Shown piece by piece: positions 1-8,783 of a stretch of DNA of 64,000 nucleotides (position 1 is its first letter; each line of letters starts with the position of its first letter). The translations under genes were made by a program, and so were the position numbers. Source of the stretch: Desulfatiglandales bacterium (lineage in GTDB: Bacteria; Desulfobacterota; DSM-4660; Desulfatiglandales; HGW-15); NCBI GenBank assembly GCA_963667015.2, contig CAXXJJ010000001.1, positions 2,432,001 to 2,496,000 on the forward strand. The letters run 5' to 3'. The notes below the pieces were generated by a model that saw nothing but the letters and a program-made list of their open reading frames with translations, made no database searches and was not told where the DNA came from.

Positions 1-55
1 TACTGTACGTGCTGAGCCTTGAGGCAACTTTATTGTAACTTAATCAAATGATTGT

Positions 56-2212
56 TTAACCGGATACCCTCTCGATAAATTCACCAATAATTTTATGGAC
101 CGCATCAGAGCCTTCATCCATGATTATTCCGTGACGATCGAAATCCAGCAGTTTGTATTCTTTATCTTCGGATCCGATTCTTTCAAATAGCTGCTGTGAA
201 CCTTCAGGATTGACAACAGGATCATTGTTTCCCTGGATAACAAGCGCCGGTACAGTGATATCACCAAGCTTATCCTTTATCTTTTCCATCAGTCTTTCAA
301 GCTCTCTTATACCGCTGATGGGGTTTCTTGTGTAATTTATATGCGGATGTTCGGGCTGGTTTTCTACAAACTCCCTTGCCATGGATTTGATTTTTAATTT
401 TTTCATTAAAGCGTTCCACACATCCACCGCAGGGACAAATCTTGAGGAAAAATCCTGCAGTTTCATAGGAGGATTGACCGCAAATACTCCCCTGACATCC
501 TGTACTCTTGAAACAAGCTCCAGTGCAAGCCCTGCCCCTGTTGAAAATCCCCCTACAACAACCTTTTCGCACATATTGCTTAATATTGCATAACCCCTTT
601 CCACCGAGTTTATCCAGTCATTATAACTTCTTTTGGCCAGGTCTTCGGGGGCAGTGCCATGTCCCTTTAACCTGGGAGCATAGACCCTGAAACCAAGGCT
701 GTTAATATACTTTGCCAGACTTCTGACCTCTTCAGGCGCAGCCATATACCCGTGTATTAAAAGTACTCCTGCATCGCTTCCTTTTTTATTTAATAAATAC
801 GGCCTGCCGATTTTTGCTGGTTTGGATTCTTTTGATATATAAAATGTCTCATAATCCAGTTCAAAGTCATCCTGTTCTTTTTTTATTATATGACCTGTAA
901 GCCTTTTCCTGATTAAAAATTCGGGCATACTGGCATATTTGGATATCGTCCTCTGAAGACTTCGAAGCGGTTCTGTCCAATTCGCAAGTACTGCTACAGG
1001 GTTTTCTATGCGAATCCTGTGAAAGTCACTTTTAACAAAGAACCTTGATCTCTTCAGGAAGAACCTGTCTTCTCTTTTTTCCAGTATACCCGTATCAATG
1101 GCCAGTTGAATAAAGTTACTGTATTTATCATAGCGGTCATCTATCAGTAAATGGATCTGATCATTCACAAGATCATTATTCAGGTACAGATCACTTTTTG
1201 ATAAAAGTTCGGAGATTATCAAAAATACTCTTTTTTTCAGGAAATTATGGTCCAGGCTGCGATACCATGTTTTTTTAAGGAGGGAGGCAAATAGGTGATC
1301 ATGGTTGATTGTTGTCATATTATAGATTGCACTCATGTATTCCTGCATGAGCTTAATAGCCTCTCTGCGCATTTTATTTCGAGAAGGAATTGGATCGTCA
1401 AATTCAAATGATTCCTTTTTTTGCAGATCTTTTTTTATCAGCCTGTGGGTCAGCCGATTCTTGAGCTTTATGGGTTTCCCGAACCTGATGTCAATATCCA
1501 CACCCGATAAAAGCATGGTCCCTTCTGTCATTATTTCTTCTATGACACGCTCCGGTATATTATCAACCATTGAACCGGCAAGCCTGCTCAGGATATTTTC
1601 CTTTGCTCTGACCGGATAATAACTGATGTTGACAGGTACGATATTTGTTTCTATTGGAGAAACCTTATCTATTGAGTCGATCTGAAACATCTCTATCAGT
1701 CTTTTTGCCTCTTCAGATCCTTTCATGCAGAGTGAAATGATGCGCCTTCTGTAAAACTCTGCCCTCATTGCAAGGGTGGCTGCTCCTGTATGCGGAGGAC
1801 GCTTTCCGCCCGCGTGATACACCATGAATTTTCCCTTTTCGACCAGTTTTTTATCCTTTACCATCAGGCCTTCAGGAAAAATTATCCATGATGCCTCACC
1901 TGTAAGCAGCGTCTTTATTATCAGCTTATCCCTGTCAGGGTTTTTATTGGACACCGCCCCTATTGTATCGAGGAATGAGCCGAATGCCCCCTCAAACAGG
2001 GTATGATCGGCAAGCGACCATACAGGTTTATCTGTAAGTTTTGAGATAATATAGGGCATCAGGAAGGTTTCAATCCTGGTGAAATGGTTGATTACAAAAA
2101 TGGCATTGCTTTCCGGGATGTGTTCTTTACCGTGGAGGTTGATCTTTGCCCGTGAAAGATTATAGATTGCCTTTATTGCAAGGCTTGTGGTTTTATATGC
2201 AAGCTGTTTCAT
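56..2212 (-). CDS. PlsC/PlsB-like acyltransferase fused to C-terminal alpha/beta-hydrolase (carboxylesterase/lysophospholipase-like)
   Basis: N-terminal NHFTRIE (HX4D-like) and IFPEG motifs; C-terminal LIHGY, GFSTG nucleophile elbow, DPVV and H. Confidence 0.8.
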   Translation of the reverse strand: MKQLAYKTTSLAIKAIYNLSRAKINLHGKEHIPESNAIFVINHFTRIETFLMPYIISKLTDKPVWSLADHTLFEGAFGSFLDTIGAVSNKNPDRDKLIIKTLLTGEASWIIFPEGLMVKDKKLVEKGKFMVYHAGGKRPPHTGAATLAMRAEFYRRRIISLCMKGSEEAKRLIEMFQIDSIDKVSPIETNIVPVNISYYPVRAKENILSRLAGSMVDNIPERVIEEIMTEGTMLLSGVDIDIRFGKPIKLKNRLTHRLIKKDLQKKESFEFDDPIPSRNKMRREAIKLMQEYMSAIYNMTTINHDHLFASLLKKTWYRSLDHNFLKKRVFLIISELLSKSDLYLNNDLVNDQIHLLIDDRYDKYSNFIQLAIDTGILEKREDRFFLKRSRFFVKSDFHRIRIENPVAVLANWTEPLRSLQRTISKYASMPEFLIRKRLTGHIIKKEQDDFELDYETFYISKESKPAKIGRPYLLNKKGSDAGVLLIHGYMAAPEEVRSLAKYINSLGFRVYAPRLKGHGTAPEDLAKRSYNDWINSVERGYAILSNMCEKVVVGGFSTGAGLALELVSRVQDVRGVFAVNPPMKLQDFSSRFVPAVDVWNALMKKLKIKSMAREFVENQPEHPHINYTRNPISGIRELERLMEKIKDKLGDITVPALVIQGNNDPVVNPEGSQQLFERIGSEDKEYKLLDFDRHGIIMDEGSDAVHKIIGEFIERVSG

Positions 2213-2345
2213 ATTATCTGGTATTGACCCGCAAAATTGCTGTAACTATCATTGTTATCCGGCAATGACAGTTGGTTAATGCATTATATACATGTCTGAA
2301 TCAGACTAAAAAATAACATTTGCAGGATAATTTATCAATATTTCT

Positions 2346-3071
2346 ATGAATGAAAAACAGGCACATACAGTTAAAAGGCTGAAAGATTATTTAATCGATA
2401 ATTATGATCCCGAAGTGATTATTTTATACGGAAGCACGGCGCGGGGAGATACTGATGAATTCAGCGATATAGATATGATGGTGATCATGGACGTTGAAGA
2501 TAATGAGAAGGTGACTGCTGAAATGTTGTCAGTAACTGATCATATTGTTCATGATAAACATATTATACTGAGATCCTGTGATGATTATTACAACCAGAAA
2601 GATATCCCCGGTACCATGGTTTATTCAGCACTGAGTGAAGGCCTGATACTGTTCCGGAGACCGGGTTTTGACATGAACGCCTTACCCTTAAAAGGCTATG
2701 AGGAAAGAAAAAAATATGTAATTGAAAAAGAATACCTGCATCAGTCCGGTGAGTTTTTGGGGAACAGCAAAAATGCACTTGAGAGCAGACAGTTATTCAG
2801 ATGCAGGGATAATTTAAGGTTTGCTGCAGTAAGGGCGCTAAAGGCCGTTTTGGTTTTCAGGGATATACATCCGCCGAGGAGTACCGACCTTGAGGAGCTC
2901 TTTGAGATGGCAAGGGAACTGCTTCCTGAGATTGGTAAACTTCAGCCATTGATTGAAGCGCTGGATAAATATATTCCGGGAGGCAATGATACAGAAGAGA
3001 ATGTGAAATGCAGGGATCTTCTGAGTAAAGTAAATTGTATGATTGATATTATCATGGCTTTGCTTTGCTGA
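2346..3071 (+). CDS. Minimal nucleotidyltransferase (MNT) fused to HEPN-like domain
   Basis: YGSTARGDTDEFSDID MNT motif; C-terminal AVRALKAVL..PPRSTDLEEL HEPN-like helices. Confidence 0.8.
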   Translation: MNEKQAHTVKRLKDYLIDNYDPEVIILYGSTARGDTDEFSDIDMMVIMDVEDNEKVTAEMLSVTDHIVHDKHIILRSCDDYYNQKDIPGTMVYSALSEGLILFRRPGFDMNALPLKGYEERKKYVIEKEYLHQSGEFLGNSKNALESRQLFRCRDNLRFAAVRALKAVLVFRDIHPPRSTDLEELFEMARELLPEIGKLQPLIEALDKYIPGGNDTEENVKCRDLLSKVNCMIDIIMALLC

Positions 3072-3115
3072 TTCAAGCCTGAACGCAAACTGGTGTAGGT
3101 ACGAAAGCTTGTTTT

Positions 3116-3216
3116 AACAAAAGAGCACGAAGGACACGAAGAAAAGCCATTTATATTTAAGCAATAAATTTATATTGCTTTTGTCTTTCTTTGTGTCCTT
3201 AGCGTCTTTGCGGTTC
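3116..3216. repeat. Imperfect inverted-repeat element with ~9-nt periodic arms
   Basis: Left arm gcacgaaggacacgaag; right arm ctttgtgtccttagcgtctttgcggttc; lies between convergent genes. Confidence 0.6.
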
Positions 3217-3222
3217 AGTTTT

Positions 3223-4914
3223 TTATTTCCCCTGAATAATTTTTACCATTTCCCTGGGAATAAATACCTTGTTGATATTCGGAGCATATACTGTAATTCC
3301 TTTGGTTCGGAATTCCTGTCCGTCCTTAATTACAACATCCTTGTTTACAGGAATGCGGGTATCACCTGTCTCCAGGATATAACCTGTATAGTCATTTGAG
3401 ATCCTGTATTCAGGAAAAACACTTCCCGCATCAACAAACAGCTCCTCCCCTATCTTTGTGAGGTCGAACTCCATAATTTTAGCGAGTTCAACAGCTATCT
3501 GTGTATTATCTATGTTGCCTCGAATAGAACCATCCCCCTCATTAGGGTAAATCCAGAGCGGCACATCCACACCTGTATGGCCTCCGGTTGTCCAGCCGAT
3601 TATCGAAAAATTGTTACTTAAATAATTGGCAACTCCATAGGCAGATTTTCTAAATTTAAGTATTTCAGCAGCCTGGGTGTCATCGAGTGACAGCTGCCAT
3701 TTTGTATTAAAAAGCTCCTTTATTTCTTCTATGGTTGCATTGTTGTCTTTATAGGCCAGCTCAAGTAAGCCCTGGACCGTAATTTGGGCGTTTTTAAAGG
3801 GAGCTACCAGCGTGTCAACAGGTGTTGAAGAATAATTACGACCCAGTTCACTTGTATTGCCAATGCTTAACCCCCCTGTATCATGGTCCGGAAAGATAAC
3901 AATAAGCGTATTGCCATTCTTTTTTGCGTAGTCGACCGCGACACCGACTGCCTCATCAAAGGCAAGAAACTCGGAAACCATAAAGACCGGATCATTTGCA
4001 TGCCCGGCATAATCTACCTGGCTTCCTTCCACCATCATAAAAAATCCATTTTTGTTCTTCGAGAGGATTTCAATTGCCTTTCCGGTCATCTGAGCCAGTG
4101 ACGGCTGGGACGGATTCAGTTCATCCTTGTCTATATCAGGAACAAGGTTACCTTTATTAAAGACTCCCCATACCCTGTCATTTTTTATACTGTTTAGCTC
4201 ATCACTGCTGCTGATAAAGCTGTATCCCCTTTCCTGAAGGATGTTGATCAGGTTTTCCGAATCCTTGCGTGTCCCCTTCCAGATGTCTCCTGAAGCGGAT
4301 TTATATTCGGTTCCCGAGGGCAGGAGATTGCTTCCCCCACCGCCAAATATTACATCAATGTCCTGGTATACTATCTGCTCCATAATATCATCGGACATAT
4401 TGCGTGAAGGCACATGGGCAGAGAAACCTCCGGGAGTAGCATGATTGACTACACTGGTTACAACCAGGCCGGTTGATTTTCCATTAAACTTTGCTCCTTC
4501 AAGGATGCTTGGAAGAGGGTGATAGGGAGATGACTTCGGTTTATAGATTGAAAGGATATTTTTTGTATCCGGGCCAACTCCAAGAAAACCGGTTGTGGTT
4601 TTATGTCCGGTAGCAAAGGCCGTGGCTGCTGCGGCAGAATCCGTTATGACTGAATTTGCAGAAAATGTTCTTACCGACCCTGTATGCAGTTTGTCCAGGT
4701 TTATATCCGAGCCTTTATATAATCGTGCAAAGGTCTCTATACTCATGGAGCATCCATCGGGGACCATGACAATAACATTTTTATACTCAGGTTCTGTGCC
4801 AGCCCTCTTTTTTTTATAAGCATTGCCTTCTGTAAGATGAAATGTTGAACATCCTGCTGCAGCAAGAAGTATTAAAACAGCAAAAACTGAAAGAAGTCGA
4901 ATAGGTTTTTTCAT
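3223..4914 (-). CDS. phoA: Alkaline phosphatase, probable lipoprotein
   Basis: NVIVMVPDG, ITDSAAAATA (catalytic Ser), HATP, EGSQVDYAGH, DHDTGG, GHT; LAAAGC lipobox-like signal. Confidence 0.9.
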   Translation of the reverse strand: MKKPIRLLSVFAVLILLAAAGCSTFHLTEGNAYKKKRAGTEPEYKNVIVMVPDGCSMSIETFARLYKGSDINLDKLHTGSVRTFSANSVITDSAAAATAFATGHKTTTGFLGVGPDTKNILSIYKPKSSPYHPLPSILEGAKFNGKSTGLVVTSVVNHATPGGFSAHVPSRNMSDDIMEQIVYQDIDVIFGGGGSNLLPSGTEYKSASGDIWKGTRKDSENLINILQERGYSFISSSDELNSIKNDRVWGVFNKGNLVPDIDKDELNPSQPSLAQMTGKAIEILSKNKNGFFMMVEGSQVDYAGHANDPVFMVSEFLAFDEAVGVAVDYAKKNGNTLIVIFPDHDTGGLSIGNTSELGRNYSSTPVDTLVAPFKNAQITVQGLLELAYKDNNATIEEIKELFNTKWQLSLDDTQAAEILKFRKSAYGVANYLSNNFSIIGWTTGGHTGVDVPLWIYPNEGDGSIRGNIDNTQIAVELAKIMEFDLTKIGEELFVDAGSVFPEYRISNDYTGYILETGDTRIPVNKDVVIKDGQEFRTKGITVYAPNINKVFIPREMVKIIQGK

Positions 4915-5058
4915 TATGACATGCTCCTTTTATTGATATGCACCATAACATTATATCTATCGGAGTACATGTCAACTCTATAAATATCCTTGCAAAGATT
5001 TTTTCGATCATTTAATAAAAGAAGTATTATCCTGCTGATATGAAAAGGAGAGTGTGAA

Positions 5059-5388
5059 ATGACTAAAGTTGAAGTGTTTTCCGGTATATGCGGATTTACT
5101 ACCCGTATTGAAGTTGAGAAAAAGGAACAGTATGTGGCAATTTGTAAAATGGAAGGTCAGTGCCCAAACTGCAGCAAAGTTGCAGCTATACTGGCTGAGG
5201 AACCGTTGAACGTTATGGATGAGCTCTTCAGGAAGGGGCAGTCAAAGGTTATTGCGGCCTGTCAGTCAAACCTTCCCCATGTTTCATGCCCGGTTCCGGC
5301 AGGGATTTTAAAGGCACTTGAGGTAGGGGTCGGTCTTGCCCTGCCGGCTGATGCGTCCATTAAGTTTACAGAAACGGAAAAGAAATGA
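5059..5388 (+). CDS. Small Cys-rich conserved hypothetical protein (DUF6951-like)
   Basis: GICGF, CPNC, HVSCPVP..LALPAD pattern; strong RBS aaggag. Confidence 0.65.
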   Translation: MTKVEVFSGICGFTTRIEVEKKEQYVAICKMEGQCPNCSKVAAILAEEPLNVMDELFRKGQSKVIAACQSNLPHVSCPVPAGILKALEVGVGLALPADASIKFTETEKK

Positions 5389-5600
5389 TATAACTTATTG
5401 TTTTTTAATAGAGAATTGGTGATGCCGGGTATTTTAAATATGTTGGAATGATAAGAAGAGCCTTCGGGCGATTGCGACGCTCCTTTCAGTCGCGCATAGT
5501 GCAAAGAGCATAGCGCATAGGGTAGTCAGGTTGTTAAATAATCGATACTACTGTCACGTCAATTATCGAGTGTCGCTGTTTGTCATTTTGAGCTGTAAGC

Positions 5601-5645
5601 TAAATGCTGTTAGCTAAAAGCCTTCAGCCTAAACCGCTTCAGCCT
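5601..5645. repeat. CTTCAGCCT-family repeat arm
   Basis: 5614-5645 matches the reverse complement of 7549-7580 at 31/32 nt. Confidence 0.85.
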
Positions 5646-5706
5646 GCCTTTCTTATATGTTGGAATGATATGTAGAGCCTTAGGGCGATGCGACCAGGCA
5701 TTGCAT

Positions 5707-5730
5707 GTAGGGGCGAATAATCATTCGCCT
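5707..5730 (+). repeat. GTAG-type REP-like hairpin
   Basis: GTAGGGGCGAATAATCATTCGCCT: GTAG followed by GGCGAAT/ATTCGCC stem. Confidence 0.7.
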
Positions 5731-5894
5731 GTTTTGTTGGAATGATAAGTTGCAAATATATAACTGGCTGCTCACAAACTCCGCTGTGATATCCCCAGCA
5801 TGAAAGAAATCCTCCGGGACCCTATCAATGATTTTTAATTTCTGTTTGAGAGATAAGAAAAATCACGGGGCTTTAAGAATAAAAATACATAATC

Positions 5895-5933
5895 TGCACA
5901 TAAATTTAGGCATTATGCACATGATATTGTGCA
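5895..5933. promoter_or_regulatory. Two tandem palindromic sites, candidate enhancer-binding-protein UAS
   Basis: TGCACATAAATTTAGGCA (5895-5912) and TGCACATGATATTGTGCA (5916-5933), 21 bp apart, ~130-170 bp upstream of a -24/-12 motif. Confidence 0.55.
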
Positions 5934-6062
5934 ATCTTATTTTCCTGCTAATAAAAAGCCCTAAAAATATTCAATCCCATCGCAGCATCAATAAAATGAA
6001 AAGCATCTATATTTAAGGGCTTCAGCTCTCTTTGTCCAAGACAGAACCTCATCCGGGTTATT

Positions 6063-6079
6063 TTGGCATGATGTTTGTA
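6063..6079 (+). promoter_or_regulatory. Sigma-54-like -24/-12 promoter
   Basis: TTGGCAT-GATGT-TTGTA, close to TGGCAC-N5-TTGC but with GT instead of GC at -12. Confidence 0.5.
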
Positions 6080-6142
6080 ATTCAAAGGACAGCCTTCACA
6101 GCCAACATGCTTCAGCCTGCTTTCATACAAAAGGATAAAATC

Positions 6143-7555
6143 ATGAGTAAAGTACAATCCATAAAGATTGATGACATTGTTCTGGACAACAGCATTTATC
6201 CAAGAATCAATATTGACCACAAAAGGGTGTCCATGTTTGAGGAAAATATGAGGGATGGATTCAAATTTGACCCCATTCATTTACAGGAGCACCCTGATAA
6301 ACCCGGTAAATACCGCATTCTGGATGGTGCGCACCGGTTCAGGGCTTACAAGGGTATTGGAGAAAAAACGGTTTCAGCAAAGATTATGCAGCTCAACGGG
6401 GAAGATCCCCTGCTTTATGCTGCAAAACAGGCAATCGGACCAAGGCAGCTCAGTGATGAAGATGCAAAGGATACTGCAAGAAGGGCATATCTGAGAAATC
6501 CGAATCTCAGTTCGCATGATATTGGCAAGACTGTTGGAAGGGCCAGAAGGACAGTGGATTCTTACATTGCCGATTTAAGGGCCTCAGTACAAATGGAATT
6601 TGATCTCAAATTATACCGAATGCAAAAACTGGGAGTCCCGCAGGACCGGATAGCAAAGCGTTTTGGTTTTTTGCAGCAGTCAATCTCAAAGCATTTACAA
6701 CTTTTGGCAAGATTGCCAAAAGTTGTAAATAGCGATCTTGAAAAAGGTTTTACAGTCTCTCAAGTTGCTGAAAAGCACGGCTGGCTTGAATCTATGGTCT
6801 GGTCGCTCAAATTGAATGAAGAAAATGATAAGCGTAGATACCATAAGTTACAGTGGGGAATCAGGACCTGGGACGACTGGAGATGGATTGATTGCGACAA
6901 AAGGTTTGGTGATGAATGGCCCGGAAGAATTCCGGCCCAGCTTATAGCCCATATCCTTTATTACTTCTCAAAACAAAACGACCTTGTTATTGATCCTATG
7001 GCCGGAGGAGGGGTAGTGGCCGACACATGCCTTGCATTCAACCGGAGGTGCTGGAGCTTTGATATGGTGGATAGAATCGATGAAAGGCCTGAGATAGAGC
7101 CTCATTTCTGGGATATAAACAATCTCAAGTGGCCGATCAGCGGAAAGACAAAACCCGATCTGATAATCTTTGATCCGCCTTATTTCAGTAAAAAAGCAAA
7201 GGAATATGAAGAGGACAGCATATCGAATCTATCAAAAGAAAATTATCTGGATTTCCTGGAAAGGTTTTTCAGGCTGGCGTTTGAGAACAGTAAAAAAGGC
7301 ACCAGGCTGGCGATGATAAATGCGGACTGGAGAGACTTTCAGGGAACCCCGGCCCTTGAGGAGGACGAGGAATCCGCAATCCTTATAATTGATTACGGCA
7401 ATTTGATTAGAAAAGCAGGATGGGCTGTGACGCATGTCATGCAGGCGCCAATGTCATCCGAAAGGTTTCAGGGTGGTACAGTTTCAGCGATGCAGGATAA
7501 AAAGATACTGGGTGTTACCTGCAGGAATGTAATTGTGGGACGGAAAAAAGGCTGA
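6143..7555 (+). CDS. ParB/Srx-like N-terminal domain + HTH region + N6-A/N4-C DNA methyltransferase fusion
   Basis: YRILDGAHRFRAY ParB motif; HTH-like segments; DPMAGGG (SAM motif I) then DPPY (motif IV); start moved to ATG 6143 (RBS aagga). Confidence 0.85.
   Translation: MSKVQSIKIDDIVLDNSIYPRINIDHKRVSMFEENMRDGFKFDPIHLQEHPDKPGKYRILDGAHRFRAYKGIGEKTVSAKIMQLNGEDPLLYAAKQAIGPRQLSDEDAKDTARRAYLRNPNLSSHDIGKTVGRARRTVDSYIADLRASVQMEFDLKLYRMQKLGVPQDRIAKRFGFLQQSISKHLQLLARLPKVVNSDLEKGFTVSQVAEKHGWLESMVWSLKLNEENDKRRYHKLQWGIRTWDDWRWIDCDKRFGDEWPGRIPAQLIAHILYYFSKQNDLVIDPMAGGGVVADTCLAFNRRCWSFDMVDRIDERPEIEPHFWDINNLKWPISGKTKPDLIIFDPPYFSKKAKEYEEDSISNLSKENYLDFLERFFRLAFENSKKGTRLAMINADWRDFQGTPALEEDEESAILIIDYGNLIRKAGWAVTHVMQAPMSSERFQGGTVSAMQDKKILGVTCRNVIVGRKKG
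6693..6730. repeat. Perfect intragenic palindrome, 18-bp arms with 2-nt spacer
   Basis: ATTTACAACTTTTGGCAA-GA-TTGCCAAAAGTTGTAAAT. Confidence 0.95.
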
Positions 7556-7665
7556 AGCGGTTAAGGCTGAAGGCTTTTAGGTTTACTGCATTTACTAATA
7601 TCCCTCAGTCTAAATTCCTTCAGTCTGCTTTCCTAAACATAGCAACTAAATGCTTCAGTCTAACT
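7549..7665. repeat. AGGCTGAAG/CTTCAGTCT-family inverted-repeat element
   Basis: Left arm aggctgaagcggttaaggctgaagg; right arms cctcagtctaaattccttcagtct and gcttcagtct; supplies the TGA stop of the upstream gene. Confidence 0.75.
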
Positions 7666-7866
7666 TTTAAAGCTGGAGAACAAGGAAAGGGTTAATTCGA
7701 CTTTTTGTGATTTGCCCTTTATTTTAAAATCTTAAAATTTCTGTCGATGGGCAAAGACAGTCCTGATTCCCAGCTTTGTAATATATTGCTCCGGCCAGAC
7801 TCTACCATCAAATTTTTTATTGGTAATAATAACAGCGGACTTTAGGTCAGAGGCTGATTAGCATTA

Positions 7867-7895
7867 TTGACAATATACTATAAATGGTATAAGTT
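7867..7895 (+). promoter_or_regulatory. Sigma-70 promoter with overlapping operator palindrome for the TA operon
   Basis: TTGACA at 7867; TATAAG/TAAGTT -10 candidates; TATACTAT-AA-ATGGTATA imperfect palindrome at 7874-7891. Confidence 0.6.
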
Positions 7896-8180
7896 ATGCA
7901 CGAGTGGCAAGTTGAGATAAGTAAAAAGATTGTCAGGCAAATAAAACGATTGCCGAATAAAGCAGTAAAAGAAAGTCTGTTTGCCCTTTTACGTGATATT
8001 GAATTGCATGGGCCGGTAAGGGGAGACTGGCCTAATTACGGAAAACTGGACAAGGACAGACACCATTGTCACATAAAGAAAGGGCATCCTACTTATGTCG
8101 TAATTTGGGAGGAACAAAATAAAAAAATACGACTTGTCGAGGTTACATATGTTGGAACACACGAAAAAGCACCATATTGA
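7896..8180 (+). CDS. RelE/ParE-superfamily toxin (HigB-like position)
   Basis: 94 aa, basic; HHCHIKKG..YVVIWE..VEVTYVGTHEKAPY; overlaps the downstream HTH gene. Confidence 0.8.
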   Translation: MHEWQVEISKKIVRQIKRLPNKAVKESLFALLRDIELHGPVRGDWPNYGKLDKDRHHCHIKKGHPTYVVIWEEQNKKIRLVEVTYVGTHEKAPY

Positions 8181-8502
8181 ACTGATAACTATTCGGTTTC
8201 GCGGGCCGGCTGATAAAAGGGATGAAGCTGAACGACTTATGAAAAAGATTGGGTATTTAGATCTGCACGAAGGTGTACCATGGCGTGAAGCTTTTCAGGA
8301 GATTTCTGATAATGACAGTCCGTCTATTTGTCTTCGTGCACTGCGTAACAGAGAAGGGCTTACGCAGAAGGATCTGGCAGAAAGAGCAGGCATTCCTCAA
8401 TCACACCTTTCCATGATGGAGCGTGGAAAAATGCAGATAGGCGTACAGCGTGCCAAAAAACTCGGAAAAGCTTTGAACGCCGGTTATAAATTATTTTTAT
8501 AA
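8149..8502 (+). CDS. XRE-HTH antitoxin (HigA-like)
   Basis: LRNREGLTQKDLAERAGIPQSHLSMMERGK HTH_3; ATG 8149 with gaggt RBS. Confidence 0.85.
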   Translation: MLEHTKKHHIELITIRFRGPADKRDEAERLMKKIGYLDLHEGVPWREAFQEISDNDSPSICLRALRNREGLTQKDLAERAGIPQSHLSMMERGKMQIGVQRAKKLGKALNAGYKLFL

Positions 8503-8656
8503 TTAGCAGTGTCCATCCAGAAATTGCCTCTTTCGGATGTACAAATTAATTTGAAGAGTTTTTATACACCTTACAGTTTTGGGCCTTGTAACATGTTGAA
8601 TAATAAAGTAATTCCGATGTGGGAGTTAGAATGATATAATGAGTCTTCGGACAATT

Positions 8657-8746
8657 GTTAGCTAAAGGCCTTCAGTCTTTACCCTGTTAAATCCGCGTAG
8701 CGGGCTGCAAAGCAGCATTAAACAGGGTGAATCCCTTCAGCCCGTC
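8657..8746. repeat. TTACCCTGTTAAAT...TTAAACAGGGTGAA hairpin nested in a CTTCAG-family arm
   Basis: Hairpin at 8679-8732 splits ccttcagtct|aatcccttcagccc; sister hairpin at 42524-42567. Confidence 0.75.
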
Positions 8747-8783
8747 TTATTTTCGGGCAAATGTCTAATTTGGTGACTATCTT

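Larger units (their letters stand above)
5441..5750 (+). repeat. Three direct copies of TGTTGGAATGATA; the first two extend to GAGCCTTnGGGCGAT-GCGAC
   Basis: Copies at 5441-5478, 5658-5694, 5735-5747; degenerate fourth copy at ~8625-8655. Confidence 0.8.

Noticed and set aside
5441..5750. Possible CRISPR array from the TGTTGGAATGATA repeats
   Set aside because: Only three short copies, irregular spacing (217 and 77 nt), no cas genes.
6032..6142. ORF-track N-terminal extension of the ParB-MTase
   Set aside because: TTG start without an RBS, spans the putative promoter; ATG 6143 has an RBS.
7730..7855. Minus-strand open frame SDLKSAVIITNKKFDGRVWPEQYITKLGIRTVFAHRQKF, and a similar one at ~5740-5855
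   Set aside because: Protein-like, but I cannot assign a family without a search; possible extra relics, not reported as features.
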